A stretch of 64,000 nt of DNA from Alphaproteobacteria bacterium (GCA_965216755.1 CBDCGL010000011.1:1248001-1312000), one strand, 5' to 3'. Counted from the stretch's first letter, positions 8,259 through 19,737 are shown. Numbers and translations: made by a program. Notes: generated from the letters alone by a model not told the origin.

Positions 8259-11200
8259 GTGGTCACTACGTCCGTAGCCCCACCGGCCTCAACAGGTGCG
8301 GCCGGGGCACAATTCGAAGCCAAGGTAGGCGCTTACTATCTGCTTGCCATGTTGCGGGGCGCGGAACCGCGCGGTTTGCCAGATAGGATTTTTGATCGCG
8401 TTGAGCTGCAGCGCGCCGCAGAGGGCCATCCGCTCGACGATATCATCGTCCATGGACATGACCAGCGCGGCGCTGAAGCTGTACTTGAAGTCCAAGTGAA
8501 GCGCGCAATCAGCTTTGCGCCGAGGGATCAAGTATTCGAAGAGGTCGTCCGCCAAATTGCCGCTGTAGTGCAAAAATCGGAACTCCTGTCCAGTCACTAC
8601 GAACTCGCAATAGCTACCGCACAAACAACGCGCGTCATTACTGGCGCGTATCAGGAGGTGTTGAACTGGGCTCGGAAGATGGGCTCGGCAATTGACTTCT
8701 TGGCACGAATCAACCGGACGGGCTCCGCCAATGACCAAATGCGCACGTTTGTCGCGACGCTACAATCGCATCTTCGACAGGGTGGCGCAGCACATGACGA
8801 CGAGACGGTTTGGCAAGTGCTTCGCCGTCTACAAATCCACGTCTATGATTTCACTGCGGTCGGGTCGGCGAGCGAATCCCATGCCCGCGATCGTGCTGCT
8901 GATGTGCTGCATCCGGACGCAAAGGGCGAAGCCGGCGCTTTGTGGAGCGCGCTAATTGAGTATGCCCTTGACCTAGCCGCGAGCGGAGGCGACGCTACGC
9001 GCCAAGACCTATTCGATGCACTCCAGGGTCGTTTCCGCTTTGAAGGAGAGCGCCGCTACTCAATTGCTCGAGCAGCAATTGCGGAGGCCTCAAAACAGGC
9101 TCTCGACGATATCTTCGATAAGGTTGGAGGTGTCGCGCTCGGGCGCCACGCTAGAATTGCCAGCATCCGAACCGCCGCCGACACCGGGCGCTTCATCCTG
9201 ATTTGCGGCGCCGCAGGTGTTGGCAAATCAGCATTGCTAAAGCATTTGGCGGAAGAAGCCGCACGCGAAAGCCGTGTCCTCGTGCTCGCACCTGGACGTG
9301 TGCCGCAAGGGGGCTGGTCGGCTCTGCGCAACCAAATCGGCTTCGACGGTACCGCCAAAGAACTATTGAGCGATCTAGCGTGCGATGGCGGCGGTTGGGT
9401 CTTCATCGATAATCTTGACTTCATTGCTCCTGAGGAACGTCCCACGGTCAACGACTTGGTACGTGCGGCGGCAGGCATCCCGGGCGTCATCGTAACCGCG
9501 ACAGCGCGTGAACGTTTTGGGCTCGACGAGCCGAGCTGGTTGCCTGAAGACGCCATCTGCTGCCTTGGACGTGCTGATACAGTGCGGGTCAATGAGCTTA
9601 GCGAAGAAGAAGTCGCCGAACTGCGTGAGGCTGAGCCGAAGCTGCGTGCATTGCTTGCTGGTGGTCATCCGGCTAAGGCAGTAACGAGAAATCTTTTCCG
9701 GTTGTCACGTCTGATTCAAGCGCCCGAAGGCGCGCGGGAGCCGCGATCAGAAGTAGATATGGCTGAACTTTGGTGGCAAACCGCTGACGGCGCACCCGCC
9801 GAGACGCGACGGGAACGAGGGCGGTTATTACGCGAACTTGCTGCGCTCTCACTCAAAGGTGACCAAAGCTTCGATGTCACGTCGCACCCTCCGTCGGCCG
9901 TTGATGCGCTCATCAAGACAGAGAGTCTGCGTGACCTCGGAAACGATCGGGTTGCGTTCCGTCATGACGTTCTTCGCGAGTGGGCGATTGCCAACCTGAT
10001 CGTCTCAAAGCCGGTAACGCTGGACCAATTGCCTTTCGCGCAGGTAGCATCGCCGGCGCTGGCTAGAGGCGTTGAGCTGGCAGCACGAATCGTGCTCGAA
10101 ATGGCGCGCGACCTCGTCAATTGGCGAAGGCTTTTGGATACCGTGAGTGGGGTGCATGCTCACCCGTCATGGCGGCGTGCTGTTTTGCTGGCTATGGCCC
10201 ATTCCGAAATCGCCGACGAACTAGTGACCTTGATGGAGGAGACGCTGCTCGCCAACGACGCAGCGCTCTTGCGTGAGCTAATCCCGATTATGATTGCGGT
10301 GGACGTGCGGTCGATTCGCGATGTCTACGCAACGGCCAGCGTGGACGCATCAGTTATTCCGGACACGCTCAATATACCGAGCAGCCCGGGATGGTGGCCT
10401 TTAGTCGAATGGCTTTTGCAGCTCGGCGACAAACTGCCGGCTGCGGCGATCCCCGCGGTGATCGATCTGCTTCTGGGTTGGTGCAACATTGGAGTAATTA
10501 CCCCAGATCTGCTTCCACACGCGGTTTTGGAGCGCCTGAAAACCTGGCTGGTGGACATAGAGAAGTCGAACGATGCCGAAAGCTGGCGCGACAGTCCGAC
10601 AGTATTCGGTGGTGAGCTCTCTCATAAGGACCTCCAGCGAATCGAGGAGAACCTTCGAGCATATTTCACGTTATTTTCCGATCGCGTACCAGATATCGCT
10701 AAAGACTACCTACGCTTTGTGCAGACACTTCGCCGCAAGGAAGATGTTTACGCAAAGCTTCTGAAATCTCATGGAACGCTGGCGCAGGCCGCACCGGAAG
10801 AGTTAGCTGCCATAACCCTCGACGCACTTCTCCACCCTGAGGAGGAGTCCAAGAAGCGCGGCAACCGCTGGTACAACGACGCTCTCACTCACGTTGATCA
10901 CGGATTTCTCCCCGCGTCACCGGAGCAAGGCCCTTTCTTTGACCTGCTCACGCACGCGCCCGCCGTTGGATTGCAGCTTATCCGCAGCCTGATTGACCGC
11001 GTGATCGATTTCCATTCCAAGGGTGAAGCCGCCGATGATCACGACACTATCCTCATTGAGCTTTCCGGTGGCACTCGCCGATTCCCGTGGGTGAACACCT
11101 ATGGATGGTCGCGCTCGAGCGGGTACTTTTCCATCACATCCGCATTGATGGCTCTCGAAGCGTGGGCACACGCACGAGCCAAGAGGGGCGATGCCATCGA

Positions 11201-13361
11201 CGCTATTGTTGCGGACGTTATCGGACCACCCGATGCGCCTGCCGCGTATTTGCTTGTTGTTGTCGACATACTGTTATCGCATTGGCCTGAGTCGCGTGCT
11301 GCTGCGATACCGTACATCGCATGTCCAGAACTTTTGTCGCTCGATCTCGTACGTCCCGTACAAGAAAGTTTCAATATGGCCAACATCTCCGGGCCGGCAG
11401 GGCCAAAGCTTGAGGCACTAAGAAGTCGCGCATCACGACGCGTGAGCCTAGACCACCTCTTACCACGCTACGCCAACAACCGCGATTGGAACGACCTTCG
11501 CGAACGCGTCGCGGAGCTTATGACAAAAGCTGCGGACCGGCTTGGCCCCTACCAGCGAAGGGACGATCTGGGTTGTCCACGGCTGATGGCGTTTCATGCT
11601 CTGAATATGCTCGACCCTGGAAACTACGTCGATGTTGAGATCGAGCGCGACGACGGCGAGAAGGTCAGTGGCCGCCAGTTCGAACCGCCAGCGGCAGAGG
11701 CGAAACACTTCGAGTTGCTACAGAAGGTGGCATTTGCGCGCGACAATGATGTTCAAGCTATGCAATGGGTGGTTGCTGCCGTTGATAATCCTGAGCGGTC
11801 ATCACCCGAGCTAGCCGAAGCTCTTGTCGAATGGGCACAGAATGTGAGGACACCCGATCCTGACGATGACGTTATCGCCGATAACATCGTAGCCGTAGCC
11901 ATGATTGCGATTCGCGACGGCGGCCCAGAATTGCGCGCGCGGATTGACCAGTGGGCACAGGATGTATTTGCCAAGGCACTGGCTACCGAGCCTGACAGAG
12001 CGCGATTCTTCCGTACCGGTATGCTCCACAATCCCATCGCCATTGCATTCGCGGGTCGTGTGTTTGCTCTTCGCAAGAGTTCGCCGACGCGAGACGAACT
12101 CAAGCGCATACTCGGCATGGCAGGCGGCGACCCTGCCGCCGCGCATGGAGCCCCAGCGGCGGCCCTCGCATTGCGTACGATCGATGCCAGATTGCCGCGA
12201 GCCGTGTTGCGCGTTGCGTTCGCGGCCAGTGTGCGGCCGTGGCGTCGGTCGAACGCCAACAGCACGGCAAACGGACTAGCGGACGAGCGCCTACGCGACA
12301 AGGTGAATAGCCAAATCAGTTCTGAACTGACATGGCTCTGTGGTGACGGCGTGGAACCAGCTTGGCCCCTGTTTCCTCGCGAGGCCGTGCGGTCACGTAG
12401 CCGTCTAGGTATGCGCATCGGTGCAGTCGGCAGGGATACGAGAGGGAACAAGAGCAATCCACGCAAGACCTTCGTGGACCATCAAGCAGCAGCGCTCTGG
12501 CTACGCGGCCTCTGGGACCCCTCTGAGACCAATCGGGATTGGCTTCGCGATCTACTCCGTACCTATGCGGCTTGGACCTTTAGCGCGAATGGTGCGGGAC
12601 TGCCCGAAGAGGAGGAGACAGCCGAACAGCCGAGTGATTGGAACAGCATCTTTTTTACTGTTTTGGCCAATTGCTTGCCGGGCTGGCCGCAGCCGTTTGT
12701 CGAGGCCGCCATCGCGCCGATCTTCACCCTCCAGGACAAGAATTTCTACGATGTAGTCGCTGAATTATTACGAGATCTCGATGTCGTTTATTTCAATAAT
12801 GCGGGCATCGGATCTGACATTGTTGTTGCAGTCCGGGCTCGAATCGCCGAGCGCCTGGAACGTAGTCATGGCTGGCAACTATTACGCGGCACCAAGTCTG
12901 ACGGCATTGAGATGCACTTGGCGCGGGCGGCCGCCGTACAGTTTTTCAACGATCACGACTTTGGCCAAACACCCAGGTGTTATTTACCCATAAACGCGAT
13001 TGAAAAATCACTCGTTTTCATACCAACGTTGCAGGAGCTCGCAGTAAGCGCGCCCTCGCCGTTCGTAGCAATCGTTGTCTTGAATTTGCTCGAGGTCGCG
13101 CCACGGGTCGCGCAGATGCCTTTCCTTCTGGCTTTCTCTTCGGCCGCGCTCGATACTTATCCTGATGATCGTGACTTTTGGATTGACCTCGGCATAGGTC
13201 GGCGCATTTGCCAGTGGATGGCGTCTGTTCGTGATGAACACCCCGGAGCGTTTGGACTTGGCGCCGACAACAGACCTGAGATTGACCGACTTCTTGCAAG
13301 ACTCGTGGCCGTGGGTGTAGTGGAAGCGCACCGCCTCGAAGTCGTGCTCAACGTGCATTGA
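8259..13361 (+). CDS. Large STAND NTPase with N-terminal PD-(D/E)XK-like nuclease (Avs/AVAST-like antiviral candidate)
   Basis: STGAAGAQFE..V.AYYLLAML, PLDDII..EVQVK; Walker A GAAGVGKS; Walker B WVFIDNLD; WHD motif FRHDVLREW; about 1100-aa helical C-terminus. Confidence 0.8.
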   Translation: MVTTSVAPPASTGAAGAQFEAKVGAYYLLAMLRGAEPRGLPDRIFDRVELQRAAEGHPLDDIIVHGHDQRGAEAVLEVQVKRAISFAPRDQVFEEVVRQIAAVVQKSELLSSHYELAIATAQTTRVITGAYQEVLNWARKMGSAIDFLARINRTGSANDQMRTFVATLQSHLRQGGAAHDDETVWQVLRRLQIHVYDFTAVGSASESHARDRAADVLHPDAKGEAGALWSALIEYALDLAASGGDATRQDLFDALQGRFRFEGERRYSIARAAIAEASKQALDDIFDKVGGVALGRHARIASIRTAADTGRFILICGAAGVGKSALLKHLAEEAARESRVLVLAPGRVPQGGWSALRNQIGFDGTAKELLSDLACDGGGWVFIDNLDFIAPEERPTVNDLVRAAAGIPGVIVTATARERFGLDEPSWLPEDAICCLGRADTVRVNELSEEEVAELREAEPKLRALLAGGHPAKAVTRNLFRLSRLIQAPEGAREPRSEVDMAELWWQTADGAPAETRRERGRLLRELAALSLKGDQSFDVTSHPPSAVDALIKTESLRDLGNDRVAFRHDVLREWAIANLIVSKPVTLDQLPFAQVASPALARGVELAARIVLEMARDLVNWRRLLDTVSGVHAHPSWRRAVLLAMAHSEIADELVTLMEETLLANDAALLRELIPIMIAVDVRSIRDVYATASVDASVIPDTLNIPSSPGWWPLVEWLLQLGDKLPAAAIPAVIDLLLGWCNIGVITPDLLPHAVLERLKTWLVDIEKSNDAESWRDSPTVFGGELSHKDLQRIEENLRAYFTLFSDRVPDIAKDYLRFVQTLRRKEDVYAKLLKSHGTLAQAAPEELAAITLDALLHPEEESKKRGNRWYNDALTHVDHGFLPASPEQGPFFDLLTHAPAVGLQLIRSLIDRVIDFHSKGEAADDHDTILIELSGGTRRFPWVNTYGWSRSSGYFSITSALMALEAWAHARAKRGDAIDAIVADVIGPPDAPAAYLLVVVDILLSHWPESRAAAIPYIACPELLSLDLVRPVQESFNMANISGPAGPKLEALRSRASRRVSLDHLLPRYANNRDWNDLRERVAELMTKAADRLGPYQRRDDLGCPRLMAFHALNMLDPGNYVDVEIERDDGEKVSGRQFEPPAAEAKHFELLQKVAFARDNDVQAMQWVVAAVDNPERSSPELAEALVEWAQNVRTPDPDDDVIADNIVAVAMIAIRDGGPELRARIDQWAQDVFAKALATEPDRARFFRTGMLHNPIAIAFAGRVFALRKSSPTRDELKRILGMAGGDPAAAHGAPAAALALRTIDARLPRAVLRVAFAASVRPWRRSNANSTANGLADERLRDKVNSQISSELTWLCGDGVEPAWPLFPREAVRSRSRLGMRIGAVGRDTRGNKSNPRKTFVDHQAAALWLRGLWDPSETNRDWLRDLLRTYAAWTFSANGAGLPEEEETAEQPSDWNSIFFTVLANCLPGWPQPFVEAAIAPIFTLQDKNFYDVVAELLRDLDVVYFNNAGIGSDIVVAVRARIAERLERSHGWQLLRGTKSDGIEMHLARAAAVQFFNDHDFGQTPRCYLPINAIEKSLVFIPTLQELAVSAPSPFVAIVVLNLLEVAPRVAQMPFLLAFSSAALDTYPDDRDFWIDLGIGRRICQWMASVRDEHPGAFGLGADNRPEIDRLLARLVAVGVVEAHRLEVVLNVH

Positions 13362-13818
13362 GACAGCCTAAGGACGGGATTGTCGGAAGCCGCTCGACAA
13401 CCACTCGGAGTAGAGCACTACTTTGCAAGGCGTCGCTTTGAACAAGCATTCGCCGGCCAAATGCCAGTCCCCTCCGGAAAATACATACGTGGGACAAGAA
13501 CCCAGTTCTCGGTAAAGGTATGGTTTCGGAATGGCGTCTCCCTTCAGGCGTGCCACGTTCGGGCTATTAGCGCGCATTCGCGGCTGCTCCGGTTCACATC
13601 CGGAGTTAAGACCAAGGCCTGTAACGACAACACGACAACAGGGCGGAGAGTGTATCCCCGCCCCGTTGCCTTGACTGTCAACCGGCATTGAATTGGGCCC
13701 CCCAATCGGCGTGCAAAGAGGACCCCCGTGTTGGCGTGTTTGAGGACGCCCGGAGGCGATGCGCGAAGCCATCAGGTTTGCGCAGTGCATTGCCGGAGGG
13801 CGCTTCGAGGAGGTTTTT

Positions 13819-14547
13819 TCAGGCGCGGTTTTTGAAGCGCCAGCTCTCATTGCCTGTTTCGACGATGTCGCAGTGATGTGTCAGCCGGTCAAGCAGTGCC
13901 GTCGTCATCTTTGCATCTCCGAACACGCTCGGCCATTCGCCGAAGGTCAGGTTGGTGGATACGATGATCGTCGTGCGCTCGTAGAGACGGCTGATGAGAT
14001 GGAAGAGCAACTGACCGCCGGTCTGTGCAAAGGGCAGATAGCCGAGTTCATCGAGGATCAGAAAGTCCAGTCGGCACAGAAGGTCGGCCATGCGCCCTTG
14101 CCGGTCGGCGCGCGCTTCGGCGTCGAGCTTGTTGACGAGGTCGACGACATTGAAGAACCGTCCCCGCGCCCCGTCCCGAATGCAGGCGCGGGCGATGCCC
14201 ACAGCGAGATGGGTTTTTCCTGTGCCGGTACCGCCGATCAGGATCAAGTTGCGCTGGTGCTGCAGGAATGCGCCGCCAGCCAGATCGCGCACCAAAGTCT
14301 CGTTGACCGGCGTCTCGTTGAAGTCGAATTCTTCGATCTCCTTGGCCAGCGGTAGCTTGGCGATGGTCATCTGATACTTGATCGAACGTGCTTGCTTTTC
14401 GCTGATCTCGGCATGAAGGAGGTCACCGATGATCTTCTGCGGTTCATGCTGGCGCTTTACAGCGCTGACGAGAATCTCGTCATAGGCGGCCTTCATGCCG
14501 TAGAGCTTGAGCTGTCCCATCGCGTCGAGAACTTGCAGTCTTTCCAT
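13819..14547 (-). CDS. istB: IS21 helper ATPase IstB
   Basis: [32 protein letters not shown]. Confidence 0.96.
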   Translation of the reverse strand: MERLQVLDAMGQLKLYGMKAAYDEILVSAVKRQHEPQKIIGDLLHAEISEKQARSIKYQMTIAKLPLAKEIEEFDFNETPVNETLVRDLAGGAFLQHQRNLILIGGTGTGKTHLAVGIARACIRDGARGRFFNVVDLVNKLDAEARADRQGRMADLLCRLDFLILDELGYLPFAQTGGQLLFHLISRLYERTTIIVSTNLTFGEWPSVFGDAKMTTALLDRLTHHCDIVETGNESWRFKNRA

Positions 14548-16045
14548 GGTTGGATCTCCTGAGGCTGTCGTAACGGGCACAATCGGCGGCAGGTTCACAC
14601 TGAAGTCGCAGCGCTTCTGGCGTTGCGATGCTCACCGGTGGGCCGGGTTCTCTCTGCCGCGCCAGGATGTTGAGAATGACGTCGGCAGAAGACACGCCCT
14701 CGCGAAGCGCTTCGGCGCAAGCGGCCTCCACCGCCGGCAGACCGTCGGTCAGCACCGCGCCAAGGATGTCCACCATTTGCCGGTCACCGTTTGCAATGTT
14801 CCGCAGCTTCCGCCGCACCTGCTTCATGGCGGTTGGAAGCGACCAGTCCTTGAACGGTGCTCCATTGCGCAACGCACCGGGTTTGCGAGCAAGAACCGGG
14901 ATGTAATGCCAAGGATCGTAGACCGTTTTGTCACGGCAGAAGACACGGGCATGGCGGCCGACAATCTGACCGCCTTGCCAGAACTCCACCTGTTCGGCAT
15001 AGGCGCGTATCTCCACCGGCCGGCCAACGGCTGTGGCATTGACCGAGTAGCGGTTGCAATCAAACCGGACCAGGCAGGTCTTGGACACTGATGCCGGCAC
15101 GGCGTGGAAGCCGTCGAAGGGACCGGTATAGGGGACAAGACTTGCGCGTTCGGCCTCGAACATTTCCCAGACAGTCTTGTCGCGCCTGTCCGGGTGTGGA
15201 TGCGCCTTTGCCCAGGCGATGCAGCGATCGAGCAGCCATGCGTTGAGGTCCCGGTAGGTCTTGAACCGCAGCCGTGGCGTGAAGAACCGACGACGTATGA
15301 CACCGACTTGGTTCTCAACCTGTCCCTTCTCCCAACCCGAGGCCGGCGTGCAGGCCACCGGCTCGACAAGGTAATGCCCGCACATTTGCAGGAACCGGCG
15401 ATTGTAGGCGCGTTCCCGGCCGACGAAGATTGCGTCGACCGCCGTCTTCATGTTGTCGTAAATGCCGCGCGCACACGCGCCCTTGAAGAAAGCGAAAGCT
15501 CGATCGTGGGCATCGAACACCATCTCTTGCGTCTCGCGGGGGTAGGCGCGGACGAACGGCATCCGGCTATGGCAGAGCCGAACATGTGCCGCCTTCACCG
15601 TCGTGGTGACCCCGTTGATCAGGACAATCTCGTGGCTCCAGTCGAACTGATATGCTTCGCCCGGATCGAAGCTCAGCGGCACGAAGGCCGATGCAGACGC
15701 TGCGCATGTCTGCCGGATCCAGGATGCGGCATAGCGCCGAACCGCGTCGTATCCGCCTTCATAGCCAAGACCGCGGAGCTCTTCGAAAATACGAACCAGT
15801 GTTAAGCGCTCGCGCTTAGGACGGCGCGCATTCTCCGTGAGCATGTGATCGAGCTCGTTCCGCCAGGGGCCGATCTTCGGCCTGGGCTGAACCGACCGCT
15901 CGTAAATGAATTCCGTCTTCCCGGAGCGGATCACTTTGCGGACAACCTTCCGCGAGACCTTCAGCTCCCGGCAAATCTGCTTGATCGGCTTCTGTTGTTG
16001 AAAATACGCCCGCCGGATCTTCGCGATCGTCTCCACTACCAGCAT
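14480..16045 (-). CDS. istA: IS21 transposase IstA
   Basis: N-terminal [30 protein letters not shown]. Confidence 0.96.
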   Translation of the reverse strand: MLVVETIAKIRRAYFQQQKPIKQICRELKVSRKVVRKVIRSGKTEFIYERSVQPRPKIGPWRNELDHMLTENARRPKRERLTLVRIFEELRGLGYEGGYDAVRRYAASWIRQTCAASASAFVPLSFDPGEAYQFDWSHEIVLINGVTTTVKAAHVRLCHSRMPFVRAYPRETQEMVFDAHDRAFAFFKGACARGIYDNMKTAVDAIFVGRERAYNRRFLQMCGHYLVEPVACTPASGWEKGQVENQVGVIRRRFFTPRLRFKTYRDLNAWLLDRCIAWAKAHPHPDRRDKTVWEMFEAERASLVPYTGPFDGFHAVPASVSKTCLVRFDCNRYSVNATAVGRPVEIRAYAEQVEFWQGGQIVGRHARVFCRDKTVYDPWHYIPVLARKPGALRNGAPFKDWSLPTAMKQVRRKLRNIANGDRQMVDILGAVLTDGLPAVEAACAEALREGVSSADVILNILARQREPGPPVSIATPEALRLQCEPAADCARYDSLRRSNHGKTASSRRDGTAQALRHEGRL

Positions 16046-16443
16046 CCCAAACTCGGCCCCCGATTCGAATCGGGAGCACAATGGACCCTCGTATCAGGGA
16101 GGGGCCTTTTTGGACGCCGATCACCCCAATACTGGGGTCCTTATTCCACGCCGATCTACAATATTTGGCGCGCTTTGGGTTCCGCCATGAGCAGGTATTG
16201 CAAATCTCGCCCACACCCACGCGCAAGCGACGATACGGCCACCGCCCCTGCCCTCGAACACGGGCTGGACGAGGCTCCGGCCGGATACGAAGCCCTGGCC
16301 CGAATGGGGCGATGCGCCTCTTCAGGCTCTGGCGATTTCGGCACTTGGGACCGTTGAGACGAAAACGTGGACAGATCGCCCGGTCTCGGCCTTGCTGGAC
16401 CACGCACCCCTGACCATCCGTTTTGCCGAGGTCGGCGCCGCGC

Positions 16444-17937
16444 TCAAAGCGAGCCGATGAAAGCCATCAACGCCTCGCGGTCGGTTTTGGTCATGGCCAG
16501 GACCGCATCGCGCGCTGCCTCCGCCTCGCCGCCATGCCACAGCACAGCCTCCATGAAGCCCCGGGCACGCCCGTCATGAAGGAAGAACTGGTGCATGTTG
16601 ACACGATGTACCAGCCCAATGCCCCATAGCGGCGGCGTCCGCCATTCGCGGCCTGAGGCGGCGTGGTCGGGCCGTCCGTCGGCCAGCCCCTCGCCCATGT
16701 CGTGGAGAAGAAGATCGGTGTAGGGATAAATCGTTTGTCCGGCAATCTCCGGAAAAATGGCGTCCGCGCGGGTGGTCAGGCTCGGCGTGTGGCAAGCCGC
16801 GCAACCGGCGTCAGCGAACAACGTCTCGCCGCGACGAACCTGAGGGTCGTCAACGTCGCGTCGCGCCGGCACCGACAGCAACCGCATATAAAGCACCAGT
16901 TTCTTAAGACGCTCATCATCGAGTTCCGGCACACCACCATTGCGGGCTTCCAGACAATCGCTTTGCGCCGCCGTGCAATTGTCCATCGGGTAGACGCTGG
17001 TGGTGATGCCCATGTCGCCGAACGCCGCCGCCGCAACTTGGCTGTCGAGGCTCGCCGTATTTGCCTTCCAGCCGAACCGGCCGAGACGCTCTTCGCCAGT
17101 TAAAATGTCCCAGACCCGGTTTGCTCTGCCAGAGATGCCGTCACCATCGGCATCATCGGGATCGGCGGCGCTTTCAATCTCTTGCTCGTCGACCGCTTCG
17201 AGCAGGCCGAGACCAAAGACCGCCGGCGCAACCCGCGGCGAGAACAAGACGTCGTCTCCCAGTGGCCCGTATTTGAGATCGTTGAAGCTGTAGACCGGCG
17301 CCCGCAGACTGTAAGTCTCACCATCGGCGAACCGGCCCTCGATCTCGCGGTAGCGGACCGACGTACGGCCCTCTTTCGGCACGCCGGCAATGCTCTTGTC
17401 CTGAAGCTGGGAGCCATAGACAGGATGCGGCAACGGCCCGCCGTCGCCAGGCACGCTGAGGCGAATCAGCATCGATTCCATCGGCGCCTCGGGACTCGCC
17501 GGCGGCTGGCCACGGCCATCCTTCAAGTGACACCCGGAACACGAGACGCGGTTGTAGGTCGGGCCGAGCCCGTCGAGGCGCTCATAGGTGCCAGGCGCAA
17601 CTGCCCATCTGTGGCGAAAAAGGATACGCGCGAAGGCAAAATCGCGAAGCCGCGGCTGGTCGACTGTTATGGGAACCGAAAACGCCTCTCGCGTGCGTGT
17701 CGCCGTGGTCGCGTTACCGGCCGACATCGCGCCTTCGCTGATCACGACCGCCTGGTTGGGACCACTAAAATTGTGCCAAACCCAGCGGTTGAAATCGGCC
17801 GCGTAATTGCCTTCGCCGGGACGCCAAACGTCATCCGAGTTGAGCTCGACCACCGGCACACGGTTGTCTGCCACCGCCGTAGAAAAAAGACCGAGTCCGA
17901 CCAACAAGACCAAACTAAGCGTCCTGCAACTCAACAC
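16444..17937 (-). CDS. Di-heme oxidoreductase (DHOR/DUF1111) family exported protein
   Basis: Signal peptide; DGLGPTYNRVSCSGCH, GRFGWKA, CAACH, YTDLLLHDMG, WRTPPLWGIG, FLHDGRAR. Confidence 0.9.
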   Translation of the reverse strand: MLSCRTLSLVLLVGLGLFSTAVADNRVPVVELNSDDVWRPGEGNYAADFNRWVWHNFSGPNQAVVISEGAMSAGNATTATRTREAFSVPITVDQPRLRDFAFARILFRHRWAVAPGTYERLDGLGPTYNRVSCSGCHLKDGRGQPPASPEAPMESMLIRLSVPGDGGPLPHPVYGSQLQDKSIAGVPKEGRTSVRYREIEGRFADGETYSLRAPVYSFNDLKYGPLGDDVLFSPRVAPAVFGLGLLEAVDEQEIESAADPDDADGDGISGRANRVWDILTGEERLGRFGWKANTASLDSQVAAAAFGDMGITTSVYPMDNCTAAQSDCLEARNGGVPELDDERLKKLVLYMRLLSVPARRDVDDPQVRRGETLFADAGCAACHTPSLTTRADAIFPEIAGQTIYPYTDLLLHDMGEGLADGRPDHAASGREWRTPPLWGIGLVHRVNMHQFFLHDGRARGFMEAVLWHGGEAEAARDAVLAMTKTDREALMAFIGSL

Positions 17938-18302
17938 GCGAAAATCTCCTCACCTTCTGGTGCCCCGATTGGCGACGCGCACCGAGTCCACGTCATGAAT
18001 GATAAAGATTCCGTGCAGACCGCCCGCATTTGTCAAGATACGCTAACATGAGGCAGTCAAGCGCTCAAATATCCGCCCGAGGTCGTGGTCAACCGCAACC
18101 TCTTGAATCCTGGCCGCACCCCCGGAATTCCGACTGGCCGACGCCCGGATCTAACGGAGCGGCTCTCAAGGCCAGCCGTTTACAAGGGGCTGCGGCGGCG
18201 TGGAGCAGTTTCGGACCCGCATCGTGCCCACAGGGGTGAATGACCGAGTAGGATGGATTCCCGCTGTCAGAGCCATGGTCCATGCACGTTTGGTCGCAGG
18301 CC

Positions 18303-18389
18303 AACAGACGACATTTCATTGACTTACGTCGGCTTATGGGCGGAATCCGAACATGTGCGCCGGGTTCGAAGTGCGTCGGCCCATAGCCA
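18303..18389 (+). repeat. 87-bp diverged direct repeat, copy 1
   Basis: Ungapped manual alignment with 23076-23162 gives 65/87 identities. Confidence 0.75.
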
Positions 18390-18603
18390 CTTCCGGACTC
18401 TTCGCTGTGGCGGCTGCTGCCACCTAGATTGCGCATGCGACGCGCAGCTTGCCAGTTCCTCTCGAGGAGCCATAGGCTGGCGCATGGGGTTGGGGGCCTA
18501 GGGCGGAGCGCAGTCATCAAGGGGGGAAGCTCAGTTGACTGAGCCAGGGGTCGAGCAAAGGCTAGCCGCAATATTGGCGGCGGATGTCGCTGGCGAATCT
18601 AAT

Positions 18604-19560
18604 CTAATCCGCCTCGCCGACTAGGCGCTCGATCAGGCTGCGTTGGATTTGCGCCTGCGCACGTATCCAGTGCCACATCACTTCAACCCCCGGCCGGCGC
18701 AAGGTGTGTTTGGTGGCCATAAGGTGAAGTGAGTAGGGGCCGTTGAGCCAGGATCCCGTTGGCGCCACGAGGTGCCCGGCGAAAAGGTCGTCGGCGACGA
18801 AAATAATGTTGGCAAGTGCCACGCCATGACCGGCAATCGCAGCATCGATGGTGAGATGGCTATGAGAGAAATACAGATTTTGCTGAACTTCGGTTGCGGA
18901 CAGCTCCGCTATTGCCAACCAATCTTCCCACAGCAGCTGCCTGGGGGTGCCCGGCCATGGTTCGTCGTGCAGCAATGTGCAGGGTAGAAGATCATCCAAG
19001 GCATCGAACGACCGTGAGGCGAGATAGCTAGGGCTGCAGACGGGTGCCCAATATTCGGGCAAGATCTCTTCGGACACTATGTTGGCATTCGAATCGGGGG
19101 CTTCGCTAACGACCAGATCGACGCGATCTCGCGTGAAGTCGACCGCATCGAGGCTGGCGAGCACGCGCACCTCGAGTTCGGGCTCGCTATTGCGCAGGTG
19201 AGCGATGCGTGGCAGCAGCCAGCGTGCAGCAAAGGATGGCGGTGCGCTGATGGCAACGGCTGTCGAGCTTACTTCGCGACGGATCTCGTCGGTAGCCCGC
19301 GCGATATCCTCGAGCAGGGTGCCAATGACCTTGGCGTAACGTTCGCCGGCCGGGGTCAGCTCGACGCCCTTGGCGAGTCGCGTGAACAGGGTGACGCCTA
19401 GCCAGTCTTCCAGCTTCTTGATCTGGTGCGCGACGGCACCAGGTGTGAGGTTCAGGTCGTCCGCGGCCCGGCGAAACCCGCCGAGCTTTGCCGAGATGCA
19501 AAAAACGCGAAGCGCGCCGAGTGGCGGAACGGCATAGGGGCGCGCTGGCCAATGGTGCAA
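18604..19560 (-). CDS. LysR-family regulator (GcvA-like)
   Basis: PPLGALRVF..GGFRRAADDLNLTPGAVAHQIKKLE; PSFAARWLLPR. Confidence 0.92.
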   Translation of the reverse strand: MHHWPARPYAVPPLGALRVFCISAKLGGFRRAADDLNLTPGAVAHQIKKLEDWLGVTLFTRLAKGVELTPAGERYAKVIGTLLEDIARATDEIRREVSSTAVAISAPPSFAARWLLPRIAHLRNSEPELEVRVLASLDAVDFTRDRVDLVVSEAPDSNANIVSEEILPEYWAPVCSPSYLASRSFDALDDLLPCTLLHDEPWPGTPRQLLWEDWLAIAELSATEVQQNLYFSHSHLTIDAAIAGHGVALANIIFVADDLFAGHLVAPTGSWLNGPYSLHLMATKHTLRRPGVEVMWHWIRAQAQIQRSLIERLVGEAD

Positions 19561-19737
19561 ATTTATTCGCCCTAAGATCCAAAACTATTCACTTGCTGCC
19601 CAGTATATCTGGGATCAGCCTTGCTGCAAGGGTCGGCAAATCTGGGCCTTTGCTGAACTGTAGAGGGCATTGGGCATTGCCTAATTGCCACGTACAACAA
19701 GGCTCACCGCCGGCCGTTTCGAGCAAGGAGCAATCTC

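Larger units (their letters stand above)
13676..16160 (-). mobile_element. IS21-family insertion sequence
   Basis: istA+istB; ends TGTCAACCGGCATTGAATTGGGCCCC and reverse complement TGTAGATCGGCGTGGAATAAGGACCCC; internal ATCGGCGT..GGACCCC-like subrepeats; no target duplication (TTGAC vs ATATT). Confidence 0.93.

Noticed and set aside
17182-18051. 289-aa plus-strand ORF (and similar long antisense ORFs such as 34110-35075 and 15104-15805)
   Set aside because: They overlap recognised genes on the opposite strand, as expected in GC-rich DNA
18361-18385. GGGTTCGAAG as a tRNA fragment or attR
   Set aside because: It does not match the tRNA-Leu 3' end and is part of the 87-bp repeat
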